A program made the position numbers and the translations under genes. From Candidatus Nitrospira inopinata (GTDB lineage Bacteria > Nitrospirota > Nitrospiria > Nitrospirales > Nitrospiraceae), in the NCBI RefSeq assembly GCF_001458695.1, contig NZ_LN885086.1:2730001-2762000 (forward strand): a stretch of 32,000 nt of DNA. Direction: 5' to 3'. How positions within the stretch are numbered: the stretch's first letter is position 1; every line of letters starts with the position of its first letter. Under the pieces are notes generated by a model that ran no database searches, had not been told where the DNA came from, and saw only the letters and a program-made list of their open reading frames with translations. Positions 16,768-25,295 of the stretch are shown here, piece after piece.

Positions 16768-17649
16768 ATGGGGCGTTTCGTCGGAGCGTGGGTGTGTTGC
16801 CTGGCCGGCTTGCTCGTCGTTTCATCATCCGTGCTTGCGGGGACGCCGGATCCCGATACTCCGGAAGCGGTCATCCGTAGGCTCGTTCAAGCCAACGCCG
16901 AAAAAGACATGTCGGTCATTTCCCGCCTCATGGCGCACGACGCCGACATCAGAAGTTATTCGGTCGGGGGCCGCAAATACATCGGGTGGCCGGAATTCGA
17001 ACGCGAAATGCAGGAAGAATTCGTCAACGTCGAGAAACTCGAAATTCCGATTCTCGAGCTCAACGTGTGGAGCAAGGGGGACGTCGCGTGGTTTTCAATG
17101 GAGCTGGATTACATCCGATACGTCGGCGCGGGGGCGAACCAGACCCGCACGGTCCTGCCTCTGCGGGAAACCGGTGTTCTGGAACGGCGGAACGGACAAT
17201 GGCTTTTGTTGTCTTTTCATGAATCATTCCGCTCGGCGCAGATGACCGGCCCGACGGCTGGATCGGCTTCCCCGTCATCCCAACAGCTTCTGGTCAGCAA
17301 TCCTCCTTCTTCCACGATGCCGGACCTCAGCGGCGAATGGGACATTCTTGAAGTCGAAGATAACAAACGCTACAAGGCCACGTTGGATAAAAACGGGAAC
17401 GGTCCCTATACACAACATGGCGGTCGCTTCGTCACGACGAAATTCGCGGATCGTCTGTGGCAAGGCACCTGGCATCAGCCGGGTAATGATCGCGAGGGGG
17501 GATTCGAAGTCCTTCTGTCAGAGGATGGGATGCAGGCCAAAGGAATTTGGTGGTACACCCGCGTGGGCAAGCAGAAAGGCATTCCCCCCCGGGAACACGG
17601 CGGGACATACGAGTGGAAACGACTGACGCCGCCCGGCCCTTCTCAATGA
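16768..17649 (+). CDS. Exported two-domain protein: NTF2-like (SnoaL/DUF4440-type) domain plus an unassigned C-terminal domain
   Basis: Signal peptide (WVCCLAGLLVVSSSVLAG). The NTF2-like segment is IRRLVQANAEKDMSVISRLMAHDADI...GDVAWFSMELDY...ETGVLERRNGQWLLLSFHES. A Ser/Pro linker is followed by a ~100-aa W/G-rich domain (GEWDILE...WQGTWHQ...GGFEVLLSEDG...GIWWY). A GGGAG Shine-Dalgarno precedes the start. Confidence 0.7.
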   Translation: MGRFVGAWVCCLAGLLVVSSSVLAGTPDPDTPEAVIRRLVQANAEKDMSVISRLMAHDADIRSYSVGGRKYIGWPEFEREMQEEFVNVEKLEIPILELNVWSKGDVAWFSMELDYIRYVGAGANQTRTVLPLRETGVLERRNGQWLLLSFHESFRSAQMTGPTAGSASPSSQQLLVSNPPSSTMPDLSGEWDILEVEDNKRYKATLDKNGNGPYTQHGGRFVTTKFADRLWQGTWHQPGNDREGGFEVLLSEDGMQAKGIWWYTRVGKQKGIPPREHGGTYEWKRLTPPGPSQ

Positions 17650-17731
17650 CCGCCGATATCGTTCATCTGAAAACTCCACGGAGTCCGGTTCAAAACACGG
17701 TCTTTTATTTTCTCTTCTGCTTGGAGGTTAT

Positions 17732-18739
17732 ATGCGAAGATTTCTGATTGCCTTTATCTTGGTCTTCATGGGTTCATCGGCCTATGCGGACGGCACCCAC
17801 AAGCATGACCACCATGCGGTCCCCACGTTGAAAAAGCACGTTGGGTCGAAGATCACCTATGGAGAGAATACCGCAACGCTCACGTTCGGCCCCATTGATC
17901 TTCCTACCGGTCACAACGAAGGCGACATGGGCGACTCCATGCCTCGCTTCCACTTTCAACTCCCAGAAGATAAATATCTGATCGGCTTTAAATCCGCTCT
18001 GTCGACGATCGATGGAAAAGAACTGCCGAGAAACTATCTCCACCATATTCTAATGATCAACAACAGCAAGCCCAGTTTGACCTGCCCAGGCGAACCGCTC
18101 TTCTTTGGCGGAGCCGGGTTGGAAATGGCCGAAACACATTTTCCCGACGGCTACGGCGTCAAACTCGCAAAAGACGACCGGCTCATGACCGTCGTCGCCT
18201 TCTACCACGGCGCCCCTCCGACCAAAGATGTGATCGCCACCTTCACCATGTACTTTGCGCCCAAGGAACGGATGGTCAAGGAACTGGATGTCTATCAAGT
18301 CGGGGTCAACATCGTTTGCTTTACCAAATTCGGCGACCGTCCGCCCGACCAAACAGATGAAGGAATCGAAATCAAACCGGGCGTCCAAGTTCACACCGCC
18401 CCCCTCAAGTTCAGCGTCGACGGGTGCGTCAAGTTCGCCTACCCGCACGGCCACGATGAATTGCTCATGATCGCCCTGGAAAATAAGACCAAGAAACAGA
18501 CCCTGCTCAGAACCGTGCCGGACGTGGAGCGAGACGGGACGCTCCGCGAATTTCTTCCTCATCAAATTTATCGGAATGATCAAGGGTTCCCGATCAACAC
18601 CGTCGACGATTACGAAATGGTGATGGTCCATCACCACCCGCTGGAAAAGACCGAGTTGCAGCATGGAATGGGCAACTACCTTCTGTATATGACGCGAGGG
18701 ACCTGTCCCGAAACAAACAATACGGCCGCTGCCTATTAG
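17732..18739 (+). CDS. Exported protein with a PHM/DBH-type (copper type II, ascorbate-dependent monooxygenase-like) two-copper ligand pattern
   Basis: Signal peptide MRRFLIAFILVFMGSSAYA, then the His-rich DGTHKHDHH. Candidate ligands are YLHHILM (H104/H105), AFYHGAP (H159), FAYPHGHDEL (H239/H241) and HGMGNYLLYM (M313). Their order and spacing mirror PHM H107/H108, H172, H242/H244 and M314, and the flanking residues resemble HHMLLF, VHYG, FRVHTHH and EMCNLYIMY as I recall them. A GGAGG Shine-Dalgarno precedes the start. Confidence 0.6.
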   Translation: MRRFLIAFILVFMGSSAYADGTHKHDHHAVPTLKKHVGSKITYGENTATLTFGPIDLPTGHNEGDMGDSMPRFHFQLPEDKYLIGFKSALSTIDGKELPRNYLHHILMINNSKPSLTCPGEPLFFGGAGLEMAETHFPDGYGVKLAKDDRLMTVVAFYHGAPPTKDVIATFTMYFAPKERMVKELDVYQVGVNIVCFTKFGDRPPDQTDEGIEIKPGVQVHTAPLKFSVDGCVKFAYPHGHDELLMIALENKTKKQTLLRTVPDVERDGTLREFLPHQIYRNDQGFPINTVDDYEMVMVHHHPLEKTELQHGMGNYLLYMTRGTCPETNNTAAAY

Positions 18740-18757
18740 CTTTACCGTTTTGATCAA

Positions 18758-18791
18758 GCGGGGAGAGGTTTATCAAAATACCTCTCCCCGC
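18758..18791 (+). terminator. Perfect 12-bp stem-loop 19 nt after the stop codon of the PHM-like gene; no U-tract
   Basis: GCGGGGAGAGGT (18758-18769), loop TTATCAAAAT, ACCTCTCCCCGC (18780-18791). The downstream sequence gattccag has no T-run, so it is either an atypical terminator or an RNA-stability/processing element. Confidence 0.45.
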
Positions 18792-19117
18792 GATTCCAGC
18801 CACCGCGCATACCATCTCCTTCTCCGCGAGGAGAACCAGGCATAGCGGCAGAACCGCCACAGCTCACAAAGCTCTGATTCGAAGTTTCTTCCCTTCAACG
18901 ATCGATCTTCTGAACACATCAACGTTTTTGGCTGATTGATTCGTCAATCCACGGGCTCACTCTCCCGCATTCGCTTGAAAACCCAATCCGCTGGCTGAAA
19001 CGGGCCTTGCCGGGTATACTTCCTCCCGACGGCGCCATGAATCTTTCTGACATGAATCATTTCATCTCTCAAGGTGCAGTTCGTAACGTGCCCCGATGAG
19101 GAAATGTTCGAATCCCC

Positions 19118-20377
19118 ATGACGGACTTTTTCCCTCCTCACATGAACACGACTCCCAAAACCGCCGAATTCCTTCATCGGTTAAGAGGATTTTTAGAAGA
19201 TATCGGGGGGATTCCAACGCTTCCGCTGCTTGCCGAGCGAATTCTTGCTGAATTGTTGGGACACACGCACAGTCCTCAAGGCTGGTTGTATCTGCTCGAT
19301 CAAGAACGGACGGGCCTTTATCGTTTGGCGGCCGAGCGATCCGACAAACCGAGAGCCACTGCCCGAACATTGGCGCTTTCCCACCCTCTTGTCCATGAGC
19401 TCGCTCATCATTGTGAGATTCTTGATCGACTCTCACCTTGCGGCACCGACGGTCACGTCGGCCTGGACGCACCGGACTTCATCGGTTGCCGCCTGGCGAT
19501 TCCCTTCGTCAATTGCGGTCGACTGCTCGCATTCGCCATTCTTCGATCCGACCCGAACGTATCGGCTTTCGGTCAGGAGAACAGGGAACTCTTGCGAATC
19601 ATCGCGCAAAGCGGGGCGAACTCATTGGACCGCTTATTAAGTTGTAACGACCCCCGTTCCTCGCAAGAACTGATTCGCCGAACGGATCGACTGCGATCTC
19701 TCGAAACGATGGCCGGTGGGTTTGCTCATGAAATCAGGAACCCTCTGACGTCGATCAAAACCTTCATTCAATTGACTCCCGAACGAAAAGACGACGCCGA
19801 GTTCATACGAGAATTCAGCCAGGTGGTTCTCGAAGACGTCCGTCGCATCGAGCGATTGATCGATGAGATTCTCGGCTATGCTCGCTCCATGGATCCGCAA
19901 CTGACCGAGGAAGACATCAATACCGCGGTATCCTCGTGCCTGTACTTGCTTGACGCCAAGGCCCGCGGCCGAGGAATCACAATTCAAAAAGAGTTGGCGT
20001 CCGATCTGCCTCGTGTCATGTTGGAGCATCAACAGATCAAACAAGCGCTGTTGAATCTCTTCGCGAACGCTCTGGATGCCATGGGAGACCGCGGGGGCAC
20101 GCTTCTGGTCAAAACGCACGCCGTGGAGCGATTGAAAGGAAGAATGGACGTTCGGATCGACATTGAAGATACCGGTCACGGTATTCCCGCCGCCGATCTG
20201 GAGCGCATTTTCGATCCCTTTTATACGACCAAGCATAAAAGCTCCGAGCACGAAGGCACGGGGCTCGGCTTGTTCATCGCCCATCAGATTATCCGAGAGC
20301 ACCAAGGGACCATTCACGTCCGGAGCACGGAAGGAGCCGGCACGGTTTTCCGAATCACCCTGCCGTCCGCGGATTAA
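19118..20377 (+). CDS. Cytoplasmic sensor histidine kinase (GAF-like sensor + HisKA + HATPase_c)
   Basis: H-box FAHEIRNPLTSIKTF, N-box LLNLFANALDAM, G1 IEDTGHGIP and G2 GTGLGLFIA. The N-terminal ~170 aa look GAF-like (WLYLLDQERTGLYRLAA...RLLAFAIL). I saw no transmembrane segments. Confidence 0.88.
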   Translation: MTDFFPPHMNTTPKTAEFLHRLRGFLEDIGGIPTLPLLAERILAELLGHTHSPQGWLYLLDQERTGLYRLAAERSDKPRATARTLALSHPLVHELAHHCEILDRLSPCGTDGHVGLDAPDFIGCRLAIPFVNCGRLLAFAILRSDPNVSAFGQENRELLRIIAQSGANSLDRLLSCNDPRSSQELIRRTDRLRSLETMAGGFAHEIRNPLTSIKTFIQLTPERKDDAEFIREFSQVVLEDVRRIERLIDEILGYARSMDPQLTEEDINTAVSSCLYLLDAKARGRGITIQKELASDLPRVMLEHQQIKQALLNLFANALDAMGDRGGTLLVKTHAVERLKGRMDVRIDIEDTGHGIPAADLERIFDPFYTTKHKSSEHEGTGLGLFIAHQIIREHQGTIHVRSTEGAGTVFRITLPSAD

Positions 20378-20391
20378 GACGAAGAGAGAAC

Positions 20392-21846
20392 ATGGTGGAA
20401 AGCAACGTTCCCAAGAAACGCGTTCTTTTGATCGACGATGAAGCCCGGGTTCGCGCCGCCCTGAAGTCGGTTCTTGAGCCGTCGTATGAGATTCTTCAAG
20501 CGGCGGACGCACGGGAGGGGCTCACCGTGTTCAGAACCGAGGGCCCGGACCTTGTGCTGCTCGACGTCGTTCTTCCGGATACCGACGGATTGGCCGTACT
20601 CCAGGCCATCCGCTCCGAAAGCAAAGCGGTGCCGATCATCATGCTGACCGGTACCAAATCCATCAAAACCGCCGTCGACGCCATGAAGCTGGGGGCGGCG
20701 GACTATTTATCCAAACCCTTCGATATCGAGGAATTACGCATCACCGTCGACCGTGCGATGAACGCCTCGGAACTGGAGCGGGAGGTCAAACGGTTGCGAA
20801 ATCAGGTTGTGCAACGGTACGCCTTTCACAACCTGATAGGGAAGAGTCACGGCATGCAGGAGATCTACGCCAAAATCGAGCAGGTCGCGGACAGCCGCAC
20901 GACCGTGCTCATCACGGGAGAAAGCGGGACCGGCAAAGAACTGGTGGCGCGGGCGCTGCACTACAACAGCTCACGGCGGGATCGACCGTTCGTGGCTCTT
21001 AACTGCGCGGCGCTGCCGGAAACTCTGATTGAAAGCGAGCTGTTCGGCCATGAAAAAGGGGCGTTCACGGACGCTACCGCTCGACGGACGGGGCAGTTCG
21101 AACTGGCCAACACGGGCACCTTGTTCCTCGATGAAATCGGGGAGCTGAGCCTGGTGACGCAGGCCAAACTGCTGCGGGTTCTCCAGGAACGGGAATTCAC
21201 GCGGGTGGGCGGGGTTCAACCGATCAAAGTGGACGTTCGAATCGTGGCGGCCACCAATAAAAATCTGGACGAACTGGTTCGGAAAGAACAGTTTCGAGAA
21301 GATTTGTATTATCGGATCAATGTCATCGCGCTTTACCTCCCTCCGCTCCGGGATCGCGGCGAGGACATCGCCCTCCTCGCCAAACATTTTCTCGCGAAAC
21401 GGCTTGAAGAGGAAAAGCGTCAGCCGATCGAGTTTTCAAAAGACGCGCTGGAAGCCCTTACCCGTTACCCCTGGCCCGGGAACGTCCGCGAACTGGAAAA
21501 CGTGGTGGAACAAGCCCTCATCTGGTCGCAGGGCGCTTCTCAGATCACCTCGGAACATCTGCCGGCATTGCTCAAAGGCGACATTCGTTCATCTTCGCTC
21601 CACGAGGACATCATCGCCGGCCGCGTGTCGCTCGAAAAAGCGGTCATGGAATTCGAGCGGGACATCATTCTCGACGCGCTCAAACGCACCAACTATGTGC
21701 AAACCCATGCCGCCAATTTGCTGGGAATCAGTCGGCGCATGCTCAAATACCGCATGGATACGTTGGGAATCAACAGACCGGATCCTCACCCGACCGCATC
21801 GAGCGACGACGAAATCAAGAACGAGCCTTCAGGATCATGTCCCTAA
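20392..21846 (+). CDS. Sigma-54-dependent response regulator (NtrC family: REC + AAA+ + Fis-type HTH)
   Basis: REC motifs [19 protein letters not shown] and YLSKPF. AAA+ motifs are Walker A GESGTGKE, Walker [11 protein letters not shown], the L1 loop as GAFTDA (21058-21075) and RVIAATN...REDLYYRI. The C-terminal HTH is [17 protein letters not shown]. Confidence 0.92.
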   Translation: MVESNVPKKRVLLIDDEARVRAALKSVLEPSYEILQAADAREGLTVFRTEGPDLVLLDVVLPDTDGLAVLQAIRSESKAVPIIMLTGTKSIKTAVDAMKLGAADYLSKPFDIEELRITVDRAMNASELEREVKRLRNQVVQRYAFHNLIGKSHGMQEIYAKIEQVADSRTTVLITGESGTGKELVARALHYNSSRRDRPFVALNCAALPETLIESELFGHEKGAFTDATARRTGQFELANTGTLFLDEIGELSLVTQAKLLRVLQEREFTRVGGVQPIKVDVRIVAATNKNLDELVRKEQFREDLYYRINVIALYLPPLRDRGEDIALLAKHFLAKRLEEEKRQPIEFSKDALEALTRYPWPGNVRELENVVEQALIWSQGASQITSEHLPALLKGDIRSSSLHEDIIAGRVSLEKAVMEFERDIILDALKRTNYVQTHAANLLGISRRMLKYRMDTLGINRPDPHPTASSDDEIKNEPSGSCP

Positions 21847-21980
21847 AAGAATTCGCATTGCCGCGTGATCGCTCAATTCATGGGATAGGTGCCATATGGA
21901 CGTATCACCCGCTACATATGGCCATATTGACGGAAGAACTACTATATGATTGCATCCGACATCGTTGACGGACCGGCATA

Positions 21981-23210
21981 ATGAAACAAGAATTTCCTCT
22001 GCCACTAGAGAAGACCGGCGCGCCGCTGACGGCAAACCATACCGTGCTTTCGGGCAATGGTCATAAAAAACCCACGATCCTTGTCGTGGACGATGAGCCC
22101 GGCCCGCGCGAAGCGCTGAAAATCATCCTTCATTCTTTTTTCAACGTGTGCATGGCGGAAACCGCCGCGGCCGCGATGCGGGTCCTTCACACGCAACCGA
22201 TCGATCTTGTGGCGCTTGATCAAAAACTGCCGGACAGGTCCGGCATCGACCTGCTGCAAGACATCAAACGAACCCACGCCGAAGTCGAAGCCATCATTAT
22301 TACAGGGTACGGCAGTCTCAAGTCGGCCTTGACGGCCATTCACCACGGAGCAGCGGGCTATCTGCTGAAGCCCTTCAATACGAACGAGCTTCTCGCGCTT
22401 GTGAACCAAACGTTGGAGAAAAAGCGCCGCCTTGACTTTATTAGGGCTTTTCTCCGCTCATCCCCGGAACTTTGGGGGTCCGAAGAAGAAACCGCGCGAG
22501 CCTGGCAGGCGTTGAAAAACGACTACCATGCGCTGGCCGCCCGTTCACATGAAGACATCCCGTCTCATCCCGACATGCCCGATTGCCTGCCGCTTCTTTC
22601 GGATATCATCGAAGCGACGGACCGTCGGCTCTGGAGCCATTCGTGCCGCGTGAGTTTTTATGCGGGTTTGATAGGAACTCGGCTCAATCTCACCGGCCGA
22701 GATCAACGGTCGCTGACGATCGGGGCGTTTCTTCACGATCTCGGCAAGACCTGTCCGACGCTGCGAGGATCACCGGAAGAACAGAATCCGCCTGCCTGCA
22801 CCATGAAAACGGAAAAACAGCATCCCCTCATCGGCGCAAGCGTCATCCACTCATTGGAGTTGCCGGCTGAAGTCAGCCAAATCATCTTGTATCACCATGA
22901 ACGGTGGGATGGACTGGGCTATCCGCATGGGCTGAAGGGTGAAGGCATCCCCTATTTTGCGCGAATCGTCAGCGTCTCCGAGGCATTCGACTACATGACC
23001 GTCGAAGCGCCCGATCGCTCGCACCTGACGATCGAAGAAGCCGCCCGAGGTATTTCCCGTGAATCAGGATCGTTTTTCGACCCTTCGTTGGTCGATTTGT
23101 TTGTCGAGGTTCTGGCCCGCCACAGAGCGTCCCTCCCTCCTTTGGCCGTCACCCCCGTCGCAGTGCCGGGAAACCTCCCGACCATTCCGGCATCGTTGAT
23201 TACTCGGTAG
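21981..23210 (+). CDS. Response regulator with an HD-GYP domain (c-di-GMP phosphodiesterase, RpfG-like)
   Basis: REC motifs ILVVDDE, LVALDQKLPDRSG and YLLKPF. HD-GYP motifs are HSCRV, FLHDLGK and YHHERWDGLGYPHGLKGEGIPYFARIVSVSEAFD. Confidence 0.9.
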   Translation: MKQEFPLPLEKTGAPLTANHTVLSGNGHKKPTILVVDDEPGPREALKIILHSFFNVCMAETAAAAMRVLHTQPIDLVALDQKLPDRSGIDLLQDIKRTHAEVEAIIITGYGSLKSALTAIHHGAAGYLLKPFNTNELLALVNQTLEKKRRLDFIRAFLRSSPELWGSEEETARAWQALKNDYHALAARSHEDIPSHPDMPDCLPLLSDIIEATDRRLWSHSCRVSFYAGLIGTRLNLTGRDQRSLTIGAFLHDLGKTCPTLRGSPEEQNPPACTMKTEKQHPLIGASVIHSLELPAEVSQIILYHHERWDGLGYPHGLKGEGIPYFARIVSVSEAFDYMTVEAPDRSHLTIEEAARGISRESGSFFDPSLVDLFVEVLARHRASLPPLAVTPVAVPGNLPTIPASLITR

Positions 23211-24879
23211 CGCCGCCGATCAATTCCGCCGCCGTTTCCCTGATCTTCTTGGTCACCGTCTCCCCCGCAAGCATACGGGCGACTTCCTTCTCCCGGTCCC
23301 TTCCCTTTAACGAACGAACCACTGTCGTCGATCGATTCTTCACCAACGCTTTCTCGATGTACCAATGGTGGTCGGCCTGAGACGCCACCTGCGGAAGATG
23401 GGTCACGCACAGAACTTGATGACTGCGGCCCAGCGCTTTGAGCCGTTTCCCGATCGCCGCCGCGGCGGCTCCCCCGACGCCCGTATCGATCTCGTCAAAA
23501 ATGATGACCGGCACTCGATCGACGCCCGCGAGAGCGGACTTGAGCGCCAGCATCACTCTGGAAATCTCCCCCCCGGAAGCGACCCGAGACAACGGCTTGA
23601 GCGGCTCACCCCTATTCGCCGAAAAGAGAAACTCCGCGCGATCCACCCCTTCCGAACCGTAGGCATCATCCCGTTCTCCCGTCGCGATCTCGATCTGAAA
23701 TTGCGTCTGATCCATTTTGAGCGCATCAAGTTCTCGACGCACGATTTCCGTCATTCGCCCGGCCGCTTCTTTTCGCTTCTCACTTAGCTCTCGCGCCAAC
23801 CGCTCAACCTGCGCCCGACGTTCCTGTATCAGGGTATCGTACCGGCCGATCTCCTCGTCAGAACGTTGAATGCTCTCCAATTCCTCCCTGATTCGGCGAT
23901 GAGACTCCAACGCCGCCTCCACGGTTCCGCCATATTTCTTCTTGAGCCGCTGAATCAGAGCCATGCGATCCTCGATCACGGCCAATCGACCAGGGTCGGC
24001 CTCCAATCGACCGGCGTAGTCCCGCACACGATCCGCAACTTCCTTGACGAGCACCTTCGCATCGGCGATCAACCGAACCGATTCCTGCATCGCCTGATCA
24101 AGTCTGGCCATTTCGCCAAGAATCCGTTCAACCAGGGCCGTGCTCGGCAGAATCCCGTCGCTATGTTCCACCAGTTTGGCTTGGGCCTCTCCCGCCAACT
24201 CACCCAATCGCTGCGAAGCCGCCAACCTCCGGCGTTCGGACTCCAGCGCTTCTTCCTCTCCGACGCGGAGCGCCGCGTCGTCCAATTCCCGACATTGAAA
24301 GGTCAGATACTCCTCGCGCTGCGCCGCTTCCTGCGCTTTGACCGAGACGGTCTCCCGTTCCCGACGCAGCCGCGCCCAGTCCCGATAACGTTCCTGATAC
24401 CGCCCCCGTAATCCATGAAGACGGCCGAACGCATCAAGGGCTTCCAGTTGCGCCGAGGGGGCCAGCAGAGACTGCTGATCGTGCTGGCCGTGAATGTCGA
24501 TGAGGACTCCCCCCAGAGCCTCCAGCGCATGGACCGGACTCATCACTCCATTGAGATACGCCCGATTCCGACCCGATCTTGAAATGACGCGCCGCACGAC
24601 GAGCTGAGTGTCCGTTTCACCCAATACTCCTTGAGCGCGCAATGTCGTCAGGATCGGGTGATCGGGCGGAACGTCAAAAGAGGCTTCCACGACGGCCTCT
24701 TCCTCTCCGAACCGAATCTGATCGCCGGAGGCCCGTCCGCCCATGAGCAATTCAATGGCGTCGATCAGAAGAGATTTACCGGCCCCGGTTTCCCCCGTGA
24801 GCACGGTAAATCCCGACTCGATGGTGAGCTCGATCTGTTCCAGAATGGCGAAATTGGAGATGCGCAGCGCGGTCAGCAT
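23200..24879 (-). CDS. recN: DNA repair protein RecN
   Basis: MLTALRISNFAILEQIEL...LTGETGAGKSLLIDAI (Walker A), a long coiled-coil, and the C-terminal ASGGEISRVMLALK...VIIFDEIDTGVGG (signature plus Walker B). It makes an 11-bp convergent overlap with the HD-GYP gene. Confidence 0.95.
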   Translation of the reverse strand: MLTALRISNFAILEQIELTIESGFTVLTGETGAGKSLLIDAIELLMGGRASGDQIRFGEEEAVVEASFDVPPDHPILTTLRAQGVLGETDTQLVVRRVISRSGRNRAYLNGVMSPVHALEALGGVLIDIHGQHDQQSLLAPSAQLEALDAFGRLHGLRGRYQERYRDWARLRRERETVSVKAQEAAQREEYLTFQCRELDDAALRVGEEEALESERRRLAASQRLGELAGEAQAKLVEHSDGILPSTALVERILGEMARLDQAMQESVRLIADAKVLVKEVADRVRDYAGRLEADPGRLAVIEDRMALIQRLKKKYGGTVEAALESHRRIREELESIQRSDEEIGRYDTLIQERRAQVERLARELSEKRKEAAGRMTEIVRRELDALKMDQTQFQIEIATGERDDAYGSEGVDRAEFLFSANRGEPLKPLSRVASGGEISRVMLALKSALAGVDRVPVIIFDEIDTGVGGAAAAAIGKRLKALGRSHQVLCVTHLPQVASQADHHWYIEKALVKNRSTTVVRSLKGRDREKEVARMLAGETVTKKIRETAAELIGGATE

Positions 24880-24897
24880 GGCTGCGACGGGCGTCGC

Positions 24898-25245
24898 CTA
24901 GGCGGCGCCGGCGTGTTTGGCAAGGAGCGAATCGATCACTTCCTTAAACTGCCGCTTGGGCCTGGCCCCGACAAGCTTTTCGACCGGTTGGCCGTCCTTG
25001 AAGAAGATGATGGTGGGAATGCTCATCACCTGATAGCGGCCGGCGATTTCCGGATTCTCATCCGTGTTGAGCTTGCGAACCTTGACTTTGCCCGCGTACT
25101 CCTCCGCCAACTCGTCGACGATCGGCGCCACCATCTGACAGGGGCCGCACCACACCGCCCAAAAATCGACCATCACGAGTTCGGTCGCTTTCATCACCTC
25201 GGCATCCCAGGTAGCTTCCTCGACTTTTAAGGCATTTCCCGCCAC
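24898..25245 (-). CDS. trxA: Thioredoxin
   Basis: VDFWAVWCGPCQMVAPI contains the WCGPC active site, followed by IPTIIFFKDGQ. The start is GTG with a strong AAGGAGG Shine-Dalgarno upstream. Confidence 0.93.
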   Translation of the reverse strand: MAGNALKVEEATWDAEVMKATELVMVDFWAVWCGPCQMVAPIVDELAEEYAGKVKVRKLNTDENPEIAGRYQVMSIPTIIFFKDGQPVEKLVGARPKRQFKEVIDSLLAKHAGAA

Positions 25246-25295
25246 GTGTCTTCCCTCCTTAAGAGAAATGAGCGCACGATCACCAATGCGCCGGC

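Noticed and set aside
18050-18757. 235-aa minus-strand ORF opposite the PHM-like gene
   Set aside because: The plus-strand frame has a signal peptide, a GGAGG Shine-Dalgarno and the ordered His/Met ligand pattern. The minus-strand frame has no start context and no motifs.
19037-19099. 20-codon plus-strand mini-ORF (MNLSDMNHFISQGAVRNVPR) upstream of the kinase, a possible leader peptide
   Set aside because: It has no Shine-Dalgarno, no attenuator-like alternative hairpins and no informative amino-acid bias. It is more likely a chance ORF overlapping the CATGAATC repeats.
19106-19115. GTTCGAATCC, a tRNA T-loop-like decamer just upstream of the kinase start
   Set aside because: The flanking 5-mers (aaatg and cccca) cannot form a T-stem. 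No acceptor, D or anticodon arms can be drawn in the preceding 70 nt, so the match is coincidental.
18944-19177. 77-aa minus-strand ORF in the spacer upstream of the kinase gene
   Set aside because: Its 5' end overlaps the kinase start on the opposite strand. It has no Shine-Dalgarno or family resemblance and an Arg/His-rich composition.
19637-20512. 291-aa minus-strand ORF opposite the histidine kinase gene
   Set aside because: The plus-strand frame encodes complete H, N, G1 and G2 boxes, so the minus-strand ORF is a shadow.
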